Assembly (NCBI GenBank): GCA_951406725.2 | Contig: OX597815.1 | Location: 190,774,001-190,838,000 of the forward strand | Origin: Octopus vulgaris | Taxonomy: Eukaryota | Direction: 5' to 3' | DNA: 64,000 nucleotides | Shown: in pieces, positions 27,615 to 41,340 of the stretch | Layout: each line of letters begins with the position of its first letter | Position numbering within the stretch: position 1 is the first letter of the stretch | Program-made: the position numbers and the translations under genes | The notes under the pieces: model-generated | Database searches by the model: none | What the model was told of the DNA's origin: nothing | The model's input: only the letters and a program-made list of their open reading frames with translations

Positions 27615-27847
27615 TGATTTTTTTTATGTGCCCCAGCACGGGTGCACTTGGCTTGACGGGTCCTCTTAAGCAGAATATATCACCAAAGGTCTGTCACTAG
27701 TCATTAAAGATGGCTTAGGTGGTAAAAGTGTACTTCCAAAGTTACCAAAGTCATATGATGAGTAACGCTCTAATTAATTATGTAATTATCATGTCAAATA
27801 GTTTTAAATGTTTGTCTTGATGTCAGCAAGACTGAAACATTGAAATA

Positions 27848-28207
27848 CAGTAGAACCTTGCTATACGAGTGCACCATTGTACAAATAAGTTGCTGTATGA
27901 GCCTAGACTCATGTGAAATTTTGTCTTGAAGTATGAGTGGAAATCCGCAGTATGAGCACACAAATCGTCCCTTCTTTAAGGCAATTCAGTTAATAAAACC
28001 AGTTTACATATTTCTTTTGCATTCCCTTTATAATTGTCATTTTACTTGTAGCTAGACCTTTTCTATTTTTGAGTGATTTTGTGAGGCTGGAATGGATTAA
28101 TTAAATTTTAGTTAATTTCAGTGGGGAAAATTGAGTTGTACAATGAGTAAATCATAAAATGAGCTTGGTTATGGAACGAATCAAACTCATACTGCAAGGT
28201 GTCACTG
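27848..28207. mobile_element. Tigger/pogo-like MITE
   Basis: TA|CAGTAGAACCTTGCTATACGAG ... CTCATACTGCAAGGTGTCACTG|TA: imperfect TIRs with a TA TSD. Confidence 0.65.
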
Positions 28208-28224
28208 TATATATATTCATATGT

Positions 28225-28825
28225 AGGTGCAGGCATGGCTGTGTGGTACAAAGCTTGCTTCCCAACCACATGGTTCTGGGCTCAGTCCTTGCTGCGTGGT
28301 ACCTTGGACGAGTGTCTTCTACTATAGACAGAGTTTACGAAAAAAACAAAAGACGAAGACAGGTGGTGTACAAAACAAACAGGTGTATTAGTATAACGCT
28401 CAGGAATAGAAAAAGTCTTTTACATTTTGAGCCTACGCTCTTCTACAGAAAGGGACACAGAGAAAAAAAACAAGGAGAGAAAAAAATGTGTGTAGTGGCT
28501 AATGATCTATCATGGCGACTGACTGCTGGACGGAAGGGTCTACTATAGCCTTGGGCTGGCCAAAGCCATGTGAATGGATTTGGTAAATTGAAACTGAAAG
28601 AAGCCTGTCATATGTATATATGTGTGTGTGTGTGTGTCTTTTTGTCTTTGTCCCCTATCAACGTTTGTTGTCAAGTGTTCACATCCCCCATAATTTAGTG
28701 GTTTGGCAAAAGTGACCCATAGAATAAATACCAGGCTTTAAAAAAATAAGCCCTGGGGTCGATTCATTCAACTAAAAATTCTTCAAGGTGTTGTCCTACA
28801 ACTAAAGCAAGTAAAAGATAAAAGA
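28225..28825 (+). mobile_element. SINE family A interrupted by a hammerhead-bearing insertion
   Basis: Head 28225-28327 and remainder 28539-28825. Confidence 0.8.
28328..28538 (-). mobile_element. 211-bp hammerhead-like element with a 10-bp TSD
   Basis: TCTACTATAG at 28318-28327 and 28539-28548. A sister copy lies at 44666-44840. Confidence 0.8.
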
Positions 28826-29486
28826 TATGTATGTATATATACACATACACATGTCCATGCATGCACACACATGCACAGACATGTTAATGGCTGGCACAGC
28901 TAAGACTCAGAAATCACAGTTTAATGACAGAATGAAAGGAAAAAGAAAAGAGTAATTTGTTTTTACCCACCACAATTTAACAGCAGTTAAAAAAAGGAAC
29001 TGGAAAAGAATTAAAAGACTTTTATTGGCTAGAATGTGATGCAAATAAACTGAAATCTCTTTGTTTCTGTAACATAGTAATGCTAATCAAAATAATATCT
29101 ACTTTCTAAAACTGGTACAAGGTCACATCTTAACTGACTTTTAATTGAATCAACTTTAATATATGATGTATATGATATGAAACACCCTCAGCCATTTGAC
29201 CCAGCTTTTGCTCAAAATAATTCAGTCAATCAAATAACCAGTGGTTTTACAAACTGGCAAGTACCAGGTCCACACACAATTCCCCACCCAAAATATAAGC
29301 CAAAGCTTATATTTTGGGTGGGGAATATAAGCAAAAGCGTTTGTGTTTCTCACCATTCTTTATAAATGGAAAAAAAAAAAAAAAAAGAAATAATAATAAT
29401 GGAGTTTGTATCCATATAATTCTTTTTTTTTTTTGCTATGGTGTTGGAGAAAGTTAAAAAGTTTAAATCCAATATAATTTTTATTA

Positions 29487-29900
29487 GGCACAGGCATGGT
29501 TGTATGGTAAAAAGCTTGTTCTAGCCCACATGGTTCCAAGTTCAGACCCACTGCCTGGCACCTTGGGTAAGTGTCTTCTGCTCTGCTATAGCCTCGACTA
29601 ACACAAAGCTTTGTGAGTAGATTTGGTAGATGGAAACAGAAAGAAGCCTGTAGCACATCTGTGTGTATGTGTGTGTGTTGGGTGTGTGTGTCTTTGTATC
29701 TGTGTTTGTCTCCCACGACTGCTTGGCAACCAGTGTTGGTGTGTTTATATTCTGTAACTTAGCAGTTCAGCAAAAGAGACCAATAGAATAAGTAAAAAAA
29801 ATACAATATACACTGGGGTCAATTCATTCGACCAAAATCTCAAGGTGGTGCCCCAGGGTGACTGCAGTCTAATGACTCAAACAGGTAATGGATAAAAGAT
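29487..29900 (+). mobile_element. SINE family A, diverged
   Basis: Collinear match to the family A head, body and tail. Confidence 0.8.
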
Positions 29901-31026
29901 GATACTGTATTTCCCAGTATACAAGTTCAAGTTGTATGTAGTGTAAACATGTAGAATACTCATTTAAACATGTCATTATCCTTGCAAACCTTGCTACATT
30001 TCACATGGAATTTTTGCTCCTCCAAAATCATCTTCGATTATAAGTCAATCTATCTTCTTTGGCTGTAAAATATAAATTTTGGTTTGAAAATTCCAACTGA
30101 AAGAAGCCATTGTGTATGTATATATATCATCGTGATCACCGTGACCGACCAGGCTACACATCGCTGGTCACAATGCGCTTTGCATTGTTTTAGCCTTCAA
30201 ATGACGCCACCCCACTGGCTCAGCGAGCAGGCCAACAGAAGAAAGAGTGAGAGAAAGTTGTGGCGAAAGAGTACAGCAGGGATCGCCACCATCCCCTGCT
30301 AGAGCCTTGTGGAGCTTTAGGTGTTTTTGCTTTCACAACGCCCAGTTTGGGAATCGAAACCGCGATCCTACAACCACGAGTCCGCTGCCCTAACCACTGG
30401 GCCATTGCACCTCCATATATGTGTGTGTGTGTGTGTGTGTGCGCGTTTGTTTGTGTGCCTGTGTTTGTCCCTCCACCATCGTTTGACAACCAATGTTGGT
30501 GTGTTTACATCCCCATAACTTAGAGATTTAACAAAAGTGACCAATAGAATAAGTACTAGGTTTACAAAGAATAAGTCCTGGGGTTGAATAGTTCAACTAA
30601 AGGTGGTGCTCCAGCTTGGCTGCAGTAAAATGACTAAAACTAGTAAAATAATAAAGAATCTTATGCCAGAAAATACAACAATTTGTCAAATCAATTTTGA
30701 AATCTCAGAGATCCCAAAAAGGGTCTGGAATATGGGCAGCCACAGCCCCTAAAGAACCCTAGTATGATAATACTTGTTTCTAACTTAGGCACCAGGCTAT
30801 CAGTTTATTCTTTAATTCTTCTATTTGTTTCAGTCATTTATTTGACTGAGGCCATGCTGGAGCACCACTTTTAGTTGAAGAAATTGACCCAGAACTTATT
30901 CTTTGTAAGCCTAGTACTTATTCTATCAGTCTCTTTTGCCAAGCCCCTAAGTTACAGGGGACGTAAACACACCAACACTGGTTGTCAAGTGATGGTAGAG
31001 GGGGACAAACACAGATACATGCACAT

Positions 31027-31075
<49 letters not shown>

Positions 31076-31156
31076 ATAATAAATATTAGGGAATAAATCC
31101 AAATTTACAGGGAAAAAATCAGATTTAGGATTAAATCCAATTTTATAGTAAAATAT

Positions 31157-31289
31157 TATATAATATTAATTAGAGACAAAACCACTATTTTGTAAAACAA
31201 ACAAGGAAAGACTTAATCAATACATAAAATTTTATGTATTGATTAAGTCTTTCCTTGTTTGTTTTACAAAATAGTGGTTTTGTCTCTAA

Positions 31290-31302
<13 letters not shown>
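31157..31302. repeat. Perfect 146-bp palindrome with no spacer
   Basis: Centre AAAA|TTTT at 31229/31230; the arms match throughout. Confidence 0.9.
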
Positions 31303-31320
<18 letters not shown>

Positions 31321-33458
31321 GGTTCAACACCTATCTACCAAAAGCACAGGCCCTCAAAAAGAATAGCTTGGTGTCCAGCATGTTCGAAAATCACCAGGAA
31401 TAAGGCACCCATCAGCTTTTAGTGCATGCCTCTAGGAGAAGGTCACTCTGATGTCATTCAGATATGCCGGAGATGGCATAGGACACTTCCAGGATCTTTT
31501 GTTTGCACTTGAGATCATAGCACTCCCACATTCCTGAGCCTGCAGCTCATATTGGCACTTGCTTTGGCTTGTCTCTGGATAATGTCAATGGGTGCAAAGG
31601 GTCTATGAGGTGTTGTGTATCAAATCTAGAATTTTGCTCAGGCATTGTAAAGGTCATACTCATTTACAAGCTGACATCCATCATGTGTGTGTCTATGGGT
31701 GTATGTATGTGTGTATGTGTTTGTGAGTGTGTGTATGTATGACAGTATGTATTTGTGTGTGTGCATTTTTATCTGTGTGTGTCTGTGTGTGTATACTCTT
31801 TACATATATACGGCAAGCTTCTTTCAGTTTCCATCTACCAAATCCACTCACAAGGCTTTGGTCAGCCCAAAGCTATAGTAGAAGACACTTGCCCAAGGTG
31901 CCACACAGTGAGACTGAACCCAGAACCATGTGGTTGGTAAGCAAGCTTCTTACCACACAGCCACTCACACATGCACATATTCATTCACAATCCTTGGTCA
32001 GCCATGGGCTATAGCAGAAGATATTTACCCATGGTGTCATACAGTGGGCCTGAACCTGTAACCATGTGATTGGAAAGCAAAAGTTTTAACCACACAGCCA
32101 AGCCTGATACATTTTAAAAACACTGACCAAATGAACGTGCAACTGTTATGTTTTGCTAATCCCTTTAAATCAATGTAATGGTCATTATGGAGACAGGAAG
32201 TATATAATAATTAGCCAGCTTGTTTATTGGGTAAAAACATTCAAATAATAAGCAAGTACTTTTGTTTTAATTGCCAAATTATATTAATCACATATAATCT
32301 TTGTTTATTCCCCAGACTCATATTTCTTTGTCTATTAATGATTTCATCTATATACATCCTCATGAATATCATAAATATAAACACAGACAGACAGACAGAG
32401 AAAAAGACACACAATCATTATCATCATCATCATCATCATCATCGTTTAACATCTGTTTTCCATGCTAGCATGGGTTGGACAGTTCGACCAGGGTCTGGGA
32501 AGCCAGGAGGTTGCACCAGGCTCCAGTCTGATCTGGCAATGTTTCTACAGCTGGATGCCCTTCCTAATGCCAACCACTTCATGAGTGTAGTGAGTGCTTT
32601 TTACATGCCACTGGCAAAGGTGCCAGGGGAGGCTGGCAGTGGCCACGATCAGTTGGTGCTTTTTACTTGCCACCAGCACGGAAGCCAGTCAAGGCAGCGC
32701 TGGCATCGGCCACGTTCGGATGGTGCTTTTTATGTGCCGCTGGCACAGGTATCACAACTACAATTTCCATTCGATTTTTTATTTTGATGTTGATGTACTT
32801 GACTCAATAGGTCTCCTCAAGCACAGCGGATCACTCTAAGATCCAAGGTAAGCACAGCAGGCCATTCTGTGATCCAAGGTACTTTGGATAGGTTAGGGCT
32901 GCTATGTGAAACTGGTGCAGGAAACAGCCATAAATTCACATTATTTGTCGAGTCTTCGCAGTCACAGCAGAAAACAACATCTATATATTTATTTTTTTGT
33001 ATTGTCAAATATCTCAGTGACATTAACTATCACTGGTGCAACCAAACAGAGTTGTATCATGGAATTTAACCATTTGGTGTTTGAACCTGCCACATCAGAC
33101 CCAAATATACTAATTGTTTTATATTCAGACTAGCCAGATCAGGCCTTTCATACCTACCTTATAATGTCATGCTAAAAATAGACAATAACACGACAGAAAT
33201 CTCAAATTTATGAGATAATCCATGATTAAATTCAAAGCAATGTAGATAAACAAATATTACAGTTGGTAGTAATTTGAATGCTAAAGGGTAAAAGTCTTTA
33301 GATTTTAACCATGGAGAAACTAAACTGATTCTTGTTTCTGTGGCTGATGAGAAGTGTCCAGGATTTCAATAAGCTTTGCTGTTGTTTCCATTTTCCATTT
33401 CAATTGTTGTGTAGTTGTGTGAATATACATTGGCATATACATTCATACCAATACATAC

Positions 33459-33510
<52 letters not shown>

Positions 33511-33511
33511 A

Positions 33512-33586
<75 letters not shown>

Positions 33587-33810
33587 GTATATATGTGTGT
33601 GTGTGTGCAGGCATGGCAGTGCAGTAAGAAGTTTGCTTCCCAACCACATGGTTCTAGGTTCAGTTCTACTGTGTGACACCTTGAGCAAGTATTTTCTACT
33701 TTATCCTCAGATCAAGCAAAGCCTTATGACTGGATTTGGTAGATGGGTAATGAAAGAACTCTCTCTCTCTCTCTATTATATATATATATATAATATAAAT
33801 TTGATAAAAA

Positions 33811-34166
33811 CTACTATTACGTAATCCAAACAATGATAGACATAAACCAAATCATAAAGAAAAAATAAAATATATTATAAAATATATAACTAGATCACAA
33901 AAAGTACAAAAAAATGAATAAACAATTTATAAGTAAAAAGACTATGTATGTTTCATGGCCATAACTTCAATTCGAATTATAATTAAATTTAAATTTATTC
34001 AAACTTGAAGTTATCGCCATGAAACATACGTAGTCATTTTACTTATTATATATTGTTTATTCATTTTTTTGTACTTTTTTTGATCTAGTTGTATGTTTTA
34101 TAATATATTTTATTTTTTCTTTATCATTTGGTTATGTCTATCATTGTTTGAACTGCATAATAGTAG
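33811..34166. repeat. Imperfect 356-bp palindrome built from two hammerhead 3' halves
   Basis: Mirror arms with GTTTC at 33950 and GAAAC-ATACG-TAGTC at 34021; homologous to the 16717-16900 element. Confidence 0.8.
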
Positions 34167-34289
34167 GACCACCTTTGGCAGAAATTACAGCTTGAATTCT
34201 GTGAGGCATGGACTCGTACAAAGTTTGAACTGCTTCCAAAAGAATTTTTGCCCATTGTTCAGCTAAAATAGTCTCCAGTTCTTGTAGTG
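34163..34289 (-). mobile_element. Tc1 transposase C-terminal remnant
   Basis: LQELETILAEQWAKILLEAVQTLYESMPHRIQAVISAKGGPT. Abuts a mariner terminal fragment at 34288-34392. Confidence 0.8.
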
Positions 34290-34647
34290 CACAGCAAAAT
34301 TCAAGGTCAATCTGTGCCAAGCAGCTTCACTCTATGTGCCTTAGTTCCGTTACTATGGCAACAGTCCGGATAATTAATTGATCAGACGTCATATATATAC
34401 ACACACACACACACACACATACATAGATACAGATATATGTATGTATGTGTATATATATATAGTAGAAGAAATAGCTAAGGTTTTTTGGCTGCTATTTCTA
34501 AACTTCGGTATGTGGTAAAGCAAATCTTTGCTGAACCCTAATTATTAAGTATTACTTAAGTTTACCGTGAAACGGTCCTTTTTTCATGCCAAATTCTACT
34601 TGGTGAAATTACTGATTAATTCTTAATTAATTAATTTTACCCTTTGT

Positions 34648-34689
<42 letters not shown>

Positions 34690-35071
34690 ACACAGACACA
34701 CATGTATATATTATTCTTTAACAGGAATATTATTAACAGTGACTTTGACATTTTGGCCATTTTCGTCATCATTGGCCTGTCTGATGATAGCTTAGCTGGC
34801 CAAAACTTCGAAGTCACTGTCAAAACTACTTTTATTGAAGAATAACAGATTTGTTCCTCACCAAATGTATTGAATAATCCTTCAATTTAATGCAAAACTG
34901 TTTTTATTATAACACAAAAACAGTGTGTGTGTGTGTGTGTGTGTGTGTATAAGCTCTTAATATGTGAAAGACTTTGAAGTTGCTGCTATTCATTACGTTT
35001 CATTAATTATTGATGGTTCATATAACAACTTGGCTATTATCCAAATGTTTTTTTTTTGAATGGTATTTCAT

Positions 35072-35420
35072 GTCTTATGTCAAGAGTATGTTCCTAATTT
35101 TTTCCAACATCCATGGTATTGTGCATCGAGAATTCATCTCCCAGAGCCAGACCATCAATCATAAGTTCTGCTGTGATATTTCGAGGCATTTCAGGGAGGA
35201 CATTTGTCAAAAATGATTGAAATTGTGGAATGCAAAGAATTGGCTTCATCACACCAACGATGCACCCCGTCGCAGAGCTCTACTTATTCATGAGTTTCTC
35301 ACCAAAAACAAAACAACATGGTGTCATTTCTGCACCCATCTTAGTCACCAGATTTAGCACCGGCAGACTTCCATCTCATTCCCAATATGAAAATTATAGC
35401 TCAAAGGTCACCGTTTTGCT
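35072..35420 (+). mobile_element. Mariner transposase catalytic-domain remnant
   Basis: FSNIHGIVHREFI...QTIN and HPS*SPDLAPADFHL, the YSPDLAP motif, with stops. Confidence 0.8.
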
Positions 35421-35499
35421 GATTGACAAAATTATAATTGTGGAAGATTGCTGAATGGCGACAATGCTTCTCTCTTCGAAGACAGTGATGCAGAACAAT

Positions 35500-35800
35500 G
35501 AAACAACAGGAACCATGGACATAGTGGGTTTTCAGTCTCAAGCAAGGCTTAGACTGTCGATACTATTTGTGTGGAAGGGCATGACGGAAACAGTCTGATC
35601 CCAATTATTGAAAGAGAATGTGAAAAAGGTTCACTAATTCATTCAGATGAGCAGCCTGCTTATAATAATTTAAATGCCACAGGTTATCACCATCTGACAG
35701 TGAACCATCAACGATATTATGAGGTCCCAGTGACTGGAGCACACACTAAGGACGTTGAGTGACCATGGTTAGATGCTAAAACTATGATTCGGAAAAAAAT
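35500..35800 (+). mobile_element. Merlin (IS1016/ISXO2-like) transposase remnant
   Basis: LIPIIERECEKGSLIHSDEQPAYNNLNATGYHHLTVNHQRYYEVPVTGAHTKDVE matches the I.SD.W.AY..L....H.TVNH...V.P.TG.HT..IE signature. Confidence 0.8.
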
Positions 35801-37181
35801 GATCTCTGAAATATCTGAATTTTTTTCTATTTCTGAAATATGTGAAAGATAAGGTAAATAATCCTGTTTGACACCGTGGTAGACCACATACTCTACTAGC
35901 GCCCTATTTTTATTATATCATTAAAACAAAGATCATCATCATCATCATCATTGTCATCATAATCGTCATCATCATCATCATCATCATTTAACATCTGTTT
36001 ACCATGCTGGCATGGTTGAATGGTCTGACAGGAGCTGGCAAGGCCAGGAGTCACATCAGGGTTTATCTTCTGTTTTGGCATGGCTAAATGGTTTGACAGG
36101 AGCTGGCAAGGCCAGGAGTCACACCAGGGTCCATGTTCTGTTTTGGCATGGCTGGATGGTTTGACAGGAGCTGGCAAGGCCAGGAGCCACACCAGGGTCC
36201 ATGTTCTGTTTTGACATGGTTTCTACAGCTGTATGCCCTTCATAGCACTGAATTTCTTAAAATTTCTAGTCAGTACTAATCATGTATGGCACCATTTCAT
36301 TCTTTTTCCTATTTCTACTTACAAAGAAATAAGTAAAAGACTACATCATCCATCAACATCATCCTCATCATCATTTAACGTTCGCCTTCCATGTTGGCAT
36401 GGGTTGGTGAGTACAAAATTTTATATAATAATGACTTCCCACTAATCAATAAAGTGGAGGCACATGGCCTAGTGGTTAGAGCAGCAGACTCACGGTCGAG
36501 GGATCGCGGGTTCGAATCTCAGACCGGGTGATGTGTGTGTGTTTACGAGCGAAACACCTAAGCTCCACGCAGCTCCAGCAGATTCTTTCGCCACAACTTT
36601 CTCTCACTCTTTCCTCCTGTGTCTTGCAGCTCACCTGTGACGGACCGGCGTCCCGTCCAGGTGGTGAACCTATACGCCAAGAAACCGGGAAACCAGCCCT
36701 TATGAGCCAGGTATGGCTCAAGAAGGAACAAACAAAAACAACAAATCAATAAAATCAAGTACAAGAGCTCAGTTAATAACATAGTTTCGCCCTTCTATCC
36801 AAGTATGTCAGCAATAACAACAACAACAACAAACAAGCAATTATATACAAACATTACATTTTATTGTTTCAATTATATTTTCATTTTCTTATATTTCTTT
36901 CATGTGAATATCTTCATTTACATCACATTGAAGCATATTTCACTTTTTCCATCAGTTTCAGTTTAAAAAGAAATCACTTATCTTACGGATTATTTATTTA
37001 TTTATACTAAATCATATATCAATGTCTCGTTTTACACAACCTGTTCAATATCATGATAGTTATATGTATAGCAATATATAGATGTATGGATATATATATA
37101 CATATATGTATATATATGTATGTGTGTATATATACATACATACATGCATACTTACACATGCACACACACATTTATGTATGT

Positions 37182-37285
<104 letters not shown>

Positions 37286-37417
37286 AATCCAAACGGGAAA
37301 ACAAAAAAACAACAACACGTGGAACAATTACAGTATATATATATATATATATATAAATTTCCTCTATTTACATAATATTGAGGTCTCTTTCTTTCTTTTG
37401 TTATCTTACCGTTTTAT

Positions 37418-37456
<39 letters not shown>

Positions 37457-37718
37457 CATACATATATATATATATATAAACCTATACACAAGCATAAACA
37501 TCTGTTTTTGCTTTTTTGTTTTGTTTGTTTTGGTTCTTTGCTTTTTTCCATCACTGTACTGATTTCTTGCTCTCTCATTTGTATTCATTCCACACATGAC
37601 CATCACATACTAAGTTAGCAGAGAGAATATAAAGCTAAAGATCGCATTTAATGAGTAAGCAAGAGTGGTTACACTGAATCTCTTACATATATGCACACAC
37701 ATACACACACACACACAC

Positions 37719-37853
<135 letters not shown>

Positions 37854-38327
37854 TACATATATAGATACATACATACATACATACATACATACACTCACAC
37901 ATATGTAGTGGGAATGTTCAGCAACTGTCTGATATTATGATTTGCTAGAATATTGCCCATGTGATCAACAAAAATCTGGCCAATCAAATCATGTCTTTGT
38001 GTCGAAAAGGATCCAGCAATGATTTCATCTTTTGACATGCTTCCTTCTGGACCTATCAACCAGTATAAATTCCATGCACTGTGACAACTAGACAGAGAGC
38101 TTTGGGAGGCAGCAAAGACAGCATTGACAGACAATGTAGAAGTTGACCAATAGAGACTGTGGACAGTAGCTGACAACACAAAGGCAATAAACAATCAGAG
38201 GATGGACAACATTAGAAGTCAGGAGGTGGCAAGCAACTAACCCTACTTTATTTGCTACAACTACACCAAAAACAAAAACTCTCTTGACATTTGTTTTTGT
38301 GTACAATATGAATAAATGAGATATGAG

Positions 38328-38664
38328 ACCCCCCTTCGGTCAGACACTGACCATGGGCTTGCACCTAGAAAGTTACCCACTGAGGCACAAGTCTGGGCAA
38401 GGTTGTTTATGGGAGACCAGCAGTCGCCCATGCTTACCAGCTTCCCCTCTCTACGTCACCAGTGTTATCCAAGGGAAAAGCAAAGGGGCCAATACAGCTT
38501 GGCACCTGTGATGTTGCAACTCATTTCTACAGCTGAGTGAACTGGAGCAATGTGAAATAAAGTGTCTTGCTCAAGAACACAACATGCAGCCCGGTCCAGG
38601 ATTCGAGCTCACAACCTCACGATCCTAAGCTCGACACTCTAACCACTGAGCCATGCGCCTTCAC
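38328..38664 (-). mobile_element. SINE family D
   Basis: Close match to 43530-43863. Confidence 0.85.
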
Positions 38665-39685
38665 AAAATGAATAAATAGTCATTTATCAAAATCTCAACA
38701 GACTCCAGTGTTTTTTCCATACACATACACATACTTAAATATAACATACACACACACACACACACACATATAGACACACACACATATATACATGCATACA
38801 TATTTATTAAGGTTGATAGGTAAGTAAACAGGTTGGTTGTTTGGTTGGTAGGTTGGTTGGTATATAAAAAAAACAGCAATGAGTTTTTAAATATAAACAA
38901 TACATACATAACAAATTCAAAGTTAGAAAATAAATATACCCAAAAGAATACATAAATAATTATTGTATATTTCTTACTTGTTCTGCAATTTGTAATACCA
39001 TTTGCAACACAATGAGTTTATTAATTTATATTTCCAATTAATTTTTCATAACCTCAAATTGTTAGCGTCGAAAGATGCTGCTTATATATAAATCTTAACT
39101 ATGTTTAAATTACCCAGTTAATTTTCATCTATTCGTCAAAATGAAAAGTAACGTTCTGCTCTATTAAGTGTTTGTTGGATTGCATCCTAAGATATTTTGT
39201 AGTTGAAAATTAAATTCCTGTAGTTTAAGACACGGGATAAATTCCACTGAAAGCATCACTATGGTATGAAGATAATAGATCCAACTGAAATGGGTAAACA
39301 TTTGTACGAGATTTGTGAGGGAAAATTTATAAAAATCTTTCAGGTGTAAGCAATGACGTGTTAATTTTTCTATTGCAAATTGTGTATTTCAAATGCATTG
39401 TTTGTATGTATGTATGTGTGTATGCATGCATGTATTGTTGTTGTTAAGCAACAACATGGGCAAGAGTGATTAGGTGATGCTCTAGGGCTTAGGGGCGGGA
39501 GACCCCAGACCTTGGAAAAAAAAAAAAACTTCGGTCATCTTGTTGTAGTCGAGAGCTCTTTGTTGACGCTTGACCCCACTGGGAGGTGACCCTCGAAGTC
39601 GGTTGAAATGGAGATCTCCAAGTCCAAATTCTTGAACAGTTGCATGCATGTATGTATGTATGTATGTATGTACGTGTGTATGTGT

Positions 39686-39917
<232 letters not shown>

Positions 39918-41189
39918 CTTTCTTTTATTAGCCACACAGGGCTGAATACAGAGGGGACAAATACTAGTTTCAAATTTTGGCACAAGGCCAGCGATTTCAG
40001 GGGAGGGGCCAAGTTGATTACATCAACCCCAGTGTTCAACTGGTGTTTATTTTATCAACCCCACAAGGACAAACAGCAAAGTCAGCCTCAGTGGAAATTG
40101 AACACACATATGAATATTAATATAATGATATTCTATCGTACAGCAAGAGCAGATATGATCAAGATGCAAAACAGGACAAACTCAAATATCTATTTTGGTG
40201 TATCAAAGTTCTGAAGTTCTCTTTGATAAAGGGTTAAGTCGACTGCGTTCTTCATTTCAAAAGAGAGTCGTTGTGCCTCGTCAAAATATATCAATGTTAC
40301 AATTTCGTATCATGTTGATTCAGCATTTAATGGAGAGCAGAGTATTAATATTGATTATTACTTGTGAATATTTCTGTCTTCAGGATTAAATTGTAATACA
40401 TACAAAAAAAAAAAAAAAAAAAAAATTATAGAAATATTGTTAAAAAAAAAAAAGAAAGAAAAAGAAAATTAATCAGATATAGAAAGTTTCATGTCTGATA
40501 AATTTATTGCTTTAGTCGATATGGTGTCTTAAACAATCAGTCATATCGACTAAAGATTTAAGCTGTCTGAAATGAAAACTTAATCAACCAATAACCAGCT
40601 TGGAACAATATTTCTTTATCAAGTCAACATGTCAGAATTTATGATCTCCTGATCAACAATTAGGTTTGGATATTCCATCTGAAAAACTTTGGGAAAACTT
40701 AATGAATTAACATGTTTGGTAGAAGAAAATATAAGAGGAAAAGTATTATTTCCATTTACCAACAAGAAAAATGTTTGTTATTCAAAATAATCAGAGAGTT
40801 TTTGCTGTTACTGGATCTACCTAGTGAAACAGTCAGAAATCTCCCAAGAAGATCCCTAAGCCTCTTTTATCTGTTGATCAAGTACCTTTAGCCAGCAGGC
40901 CATGAATTATTTGGTACCAGGCAGCACAGAAAGAATATATTTTAAAATTTTATTTCTATTTTATTGACAATTGCAGTCTGTGGGATGTTTTCGCGTTATA
41001 TATGCTATATATATATTCAATATATACATGTATTATAAATGTAATATATTTATTTTGCAGAAGTAGCCATGAGGGAAGAAGCTTGCTTCCCAACCACATG
41101 GTTCTGAGTTCAGTCCCACTACATGGCACCTTGGGCAAGTGTCTTCTACTATAGCCTCGGGCCGACCAATCTTCATACTTACAATCTTC

Positions 41190-41340
41190 ATACTTAGTTG
41201 ACTTAATTCCTTGTTACTTTGCCAAACTTACCAAAATGAAATTGAAGCTGAAGAAATGCTGCATCAAGATGGTAGGTGAACTTCAAAAGGAATCACAGGC
41301 TGTGTACATTCACAAGGAGGCTATTTCAAAATATAAATAA
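41190..41340 (+). mobile_element. Highly decayed mariner C-terminal remnant
   Basis: YLVDLIPCYF..KMKLKLK...ELQKESQAV and CVHSQGGYF. Confidence 0.55.

Noticed and set aside
36454-36530. tRNA gene-like sequences (also 52143-52215, 62499-62575 and 53155-53225)
   Set aside because: They continue into repeat bodies and lack a proper acceptor stem and terminator, so they are SINE heads rather than tRNA genes.
37895-38306. GC-richer island with 99-aa and 72-aa ORFs
   Set aside because: No motifs and no supporting splice sites; most likely a decayed retroelement.
40190-40310. Walker-B-like LIYFDEAQ on the minus strand
   Set aside because: Bounded by in-frame stops with no acceptor; chance.
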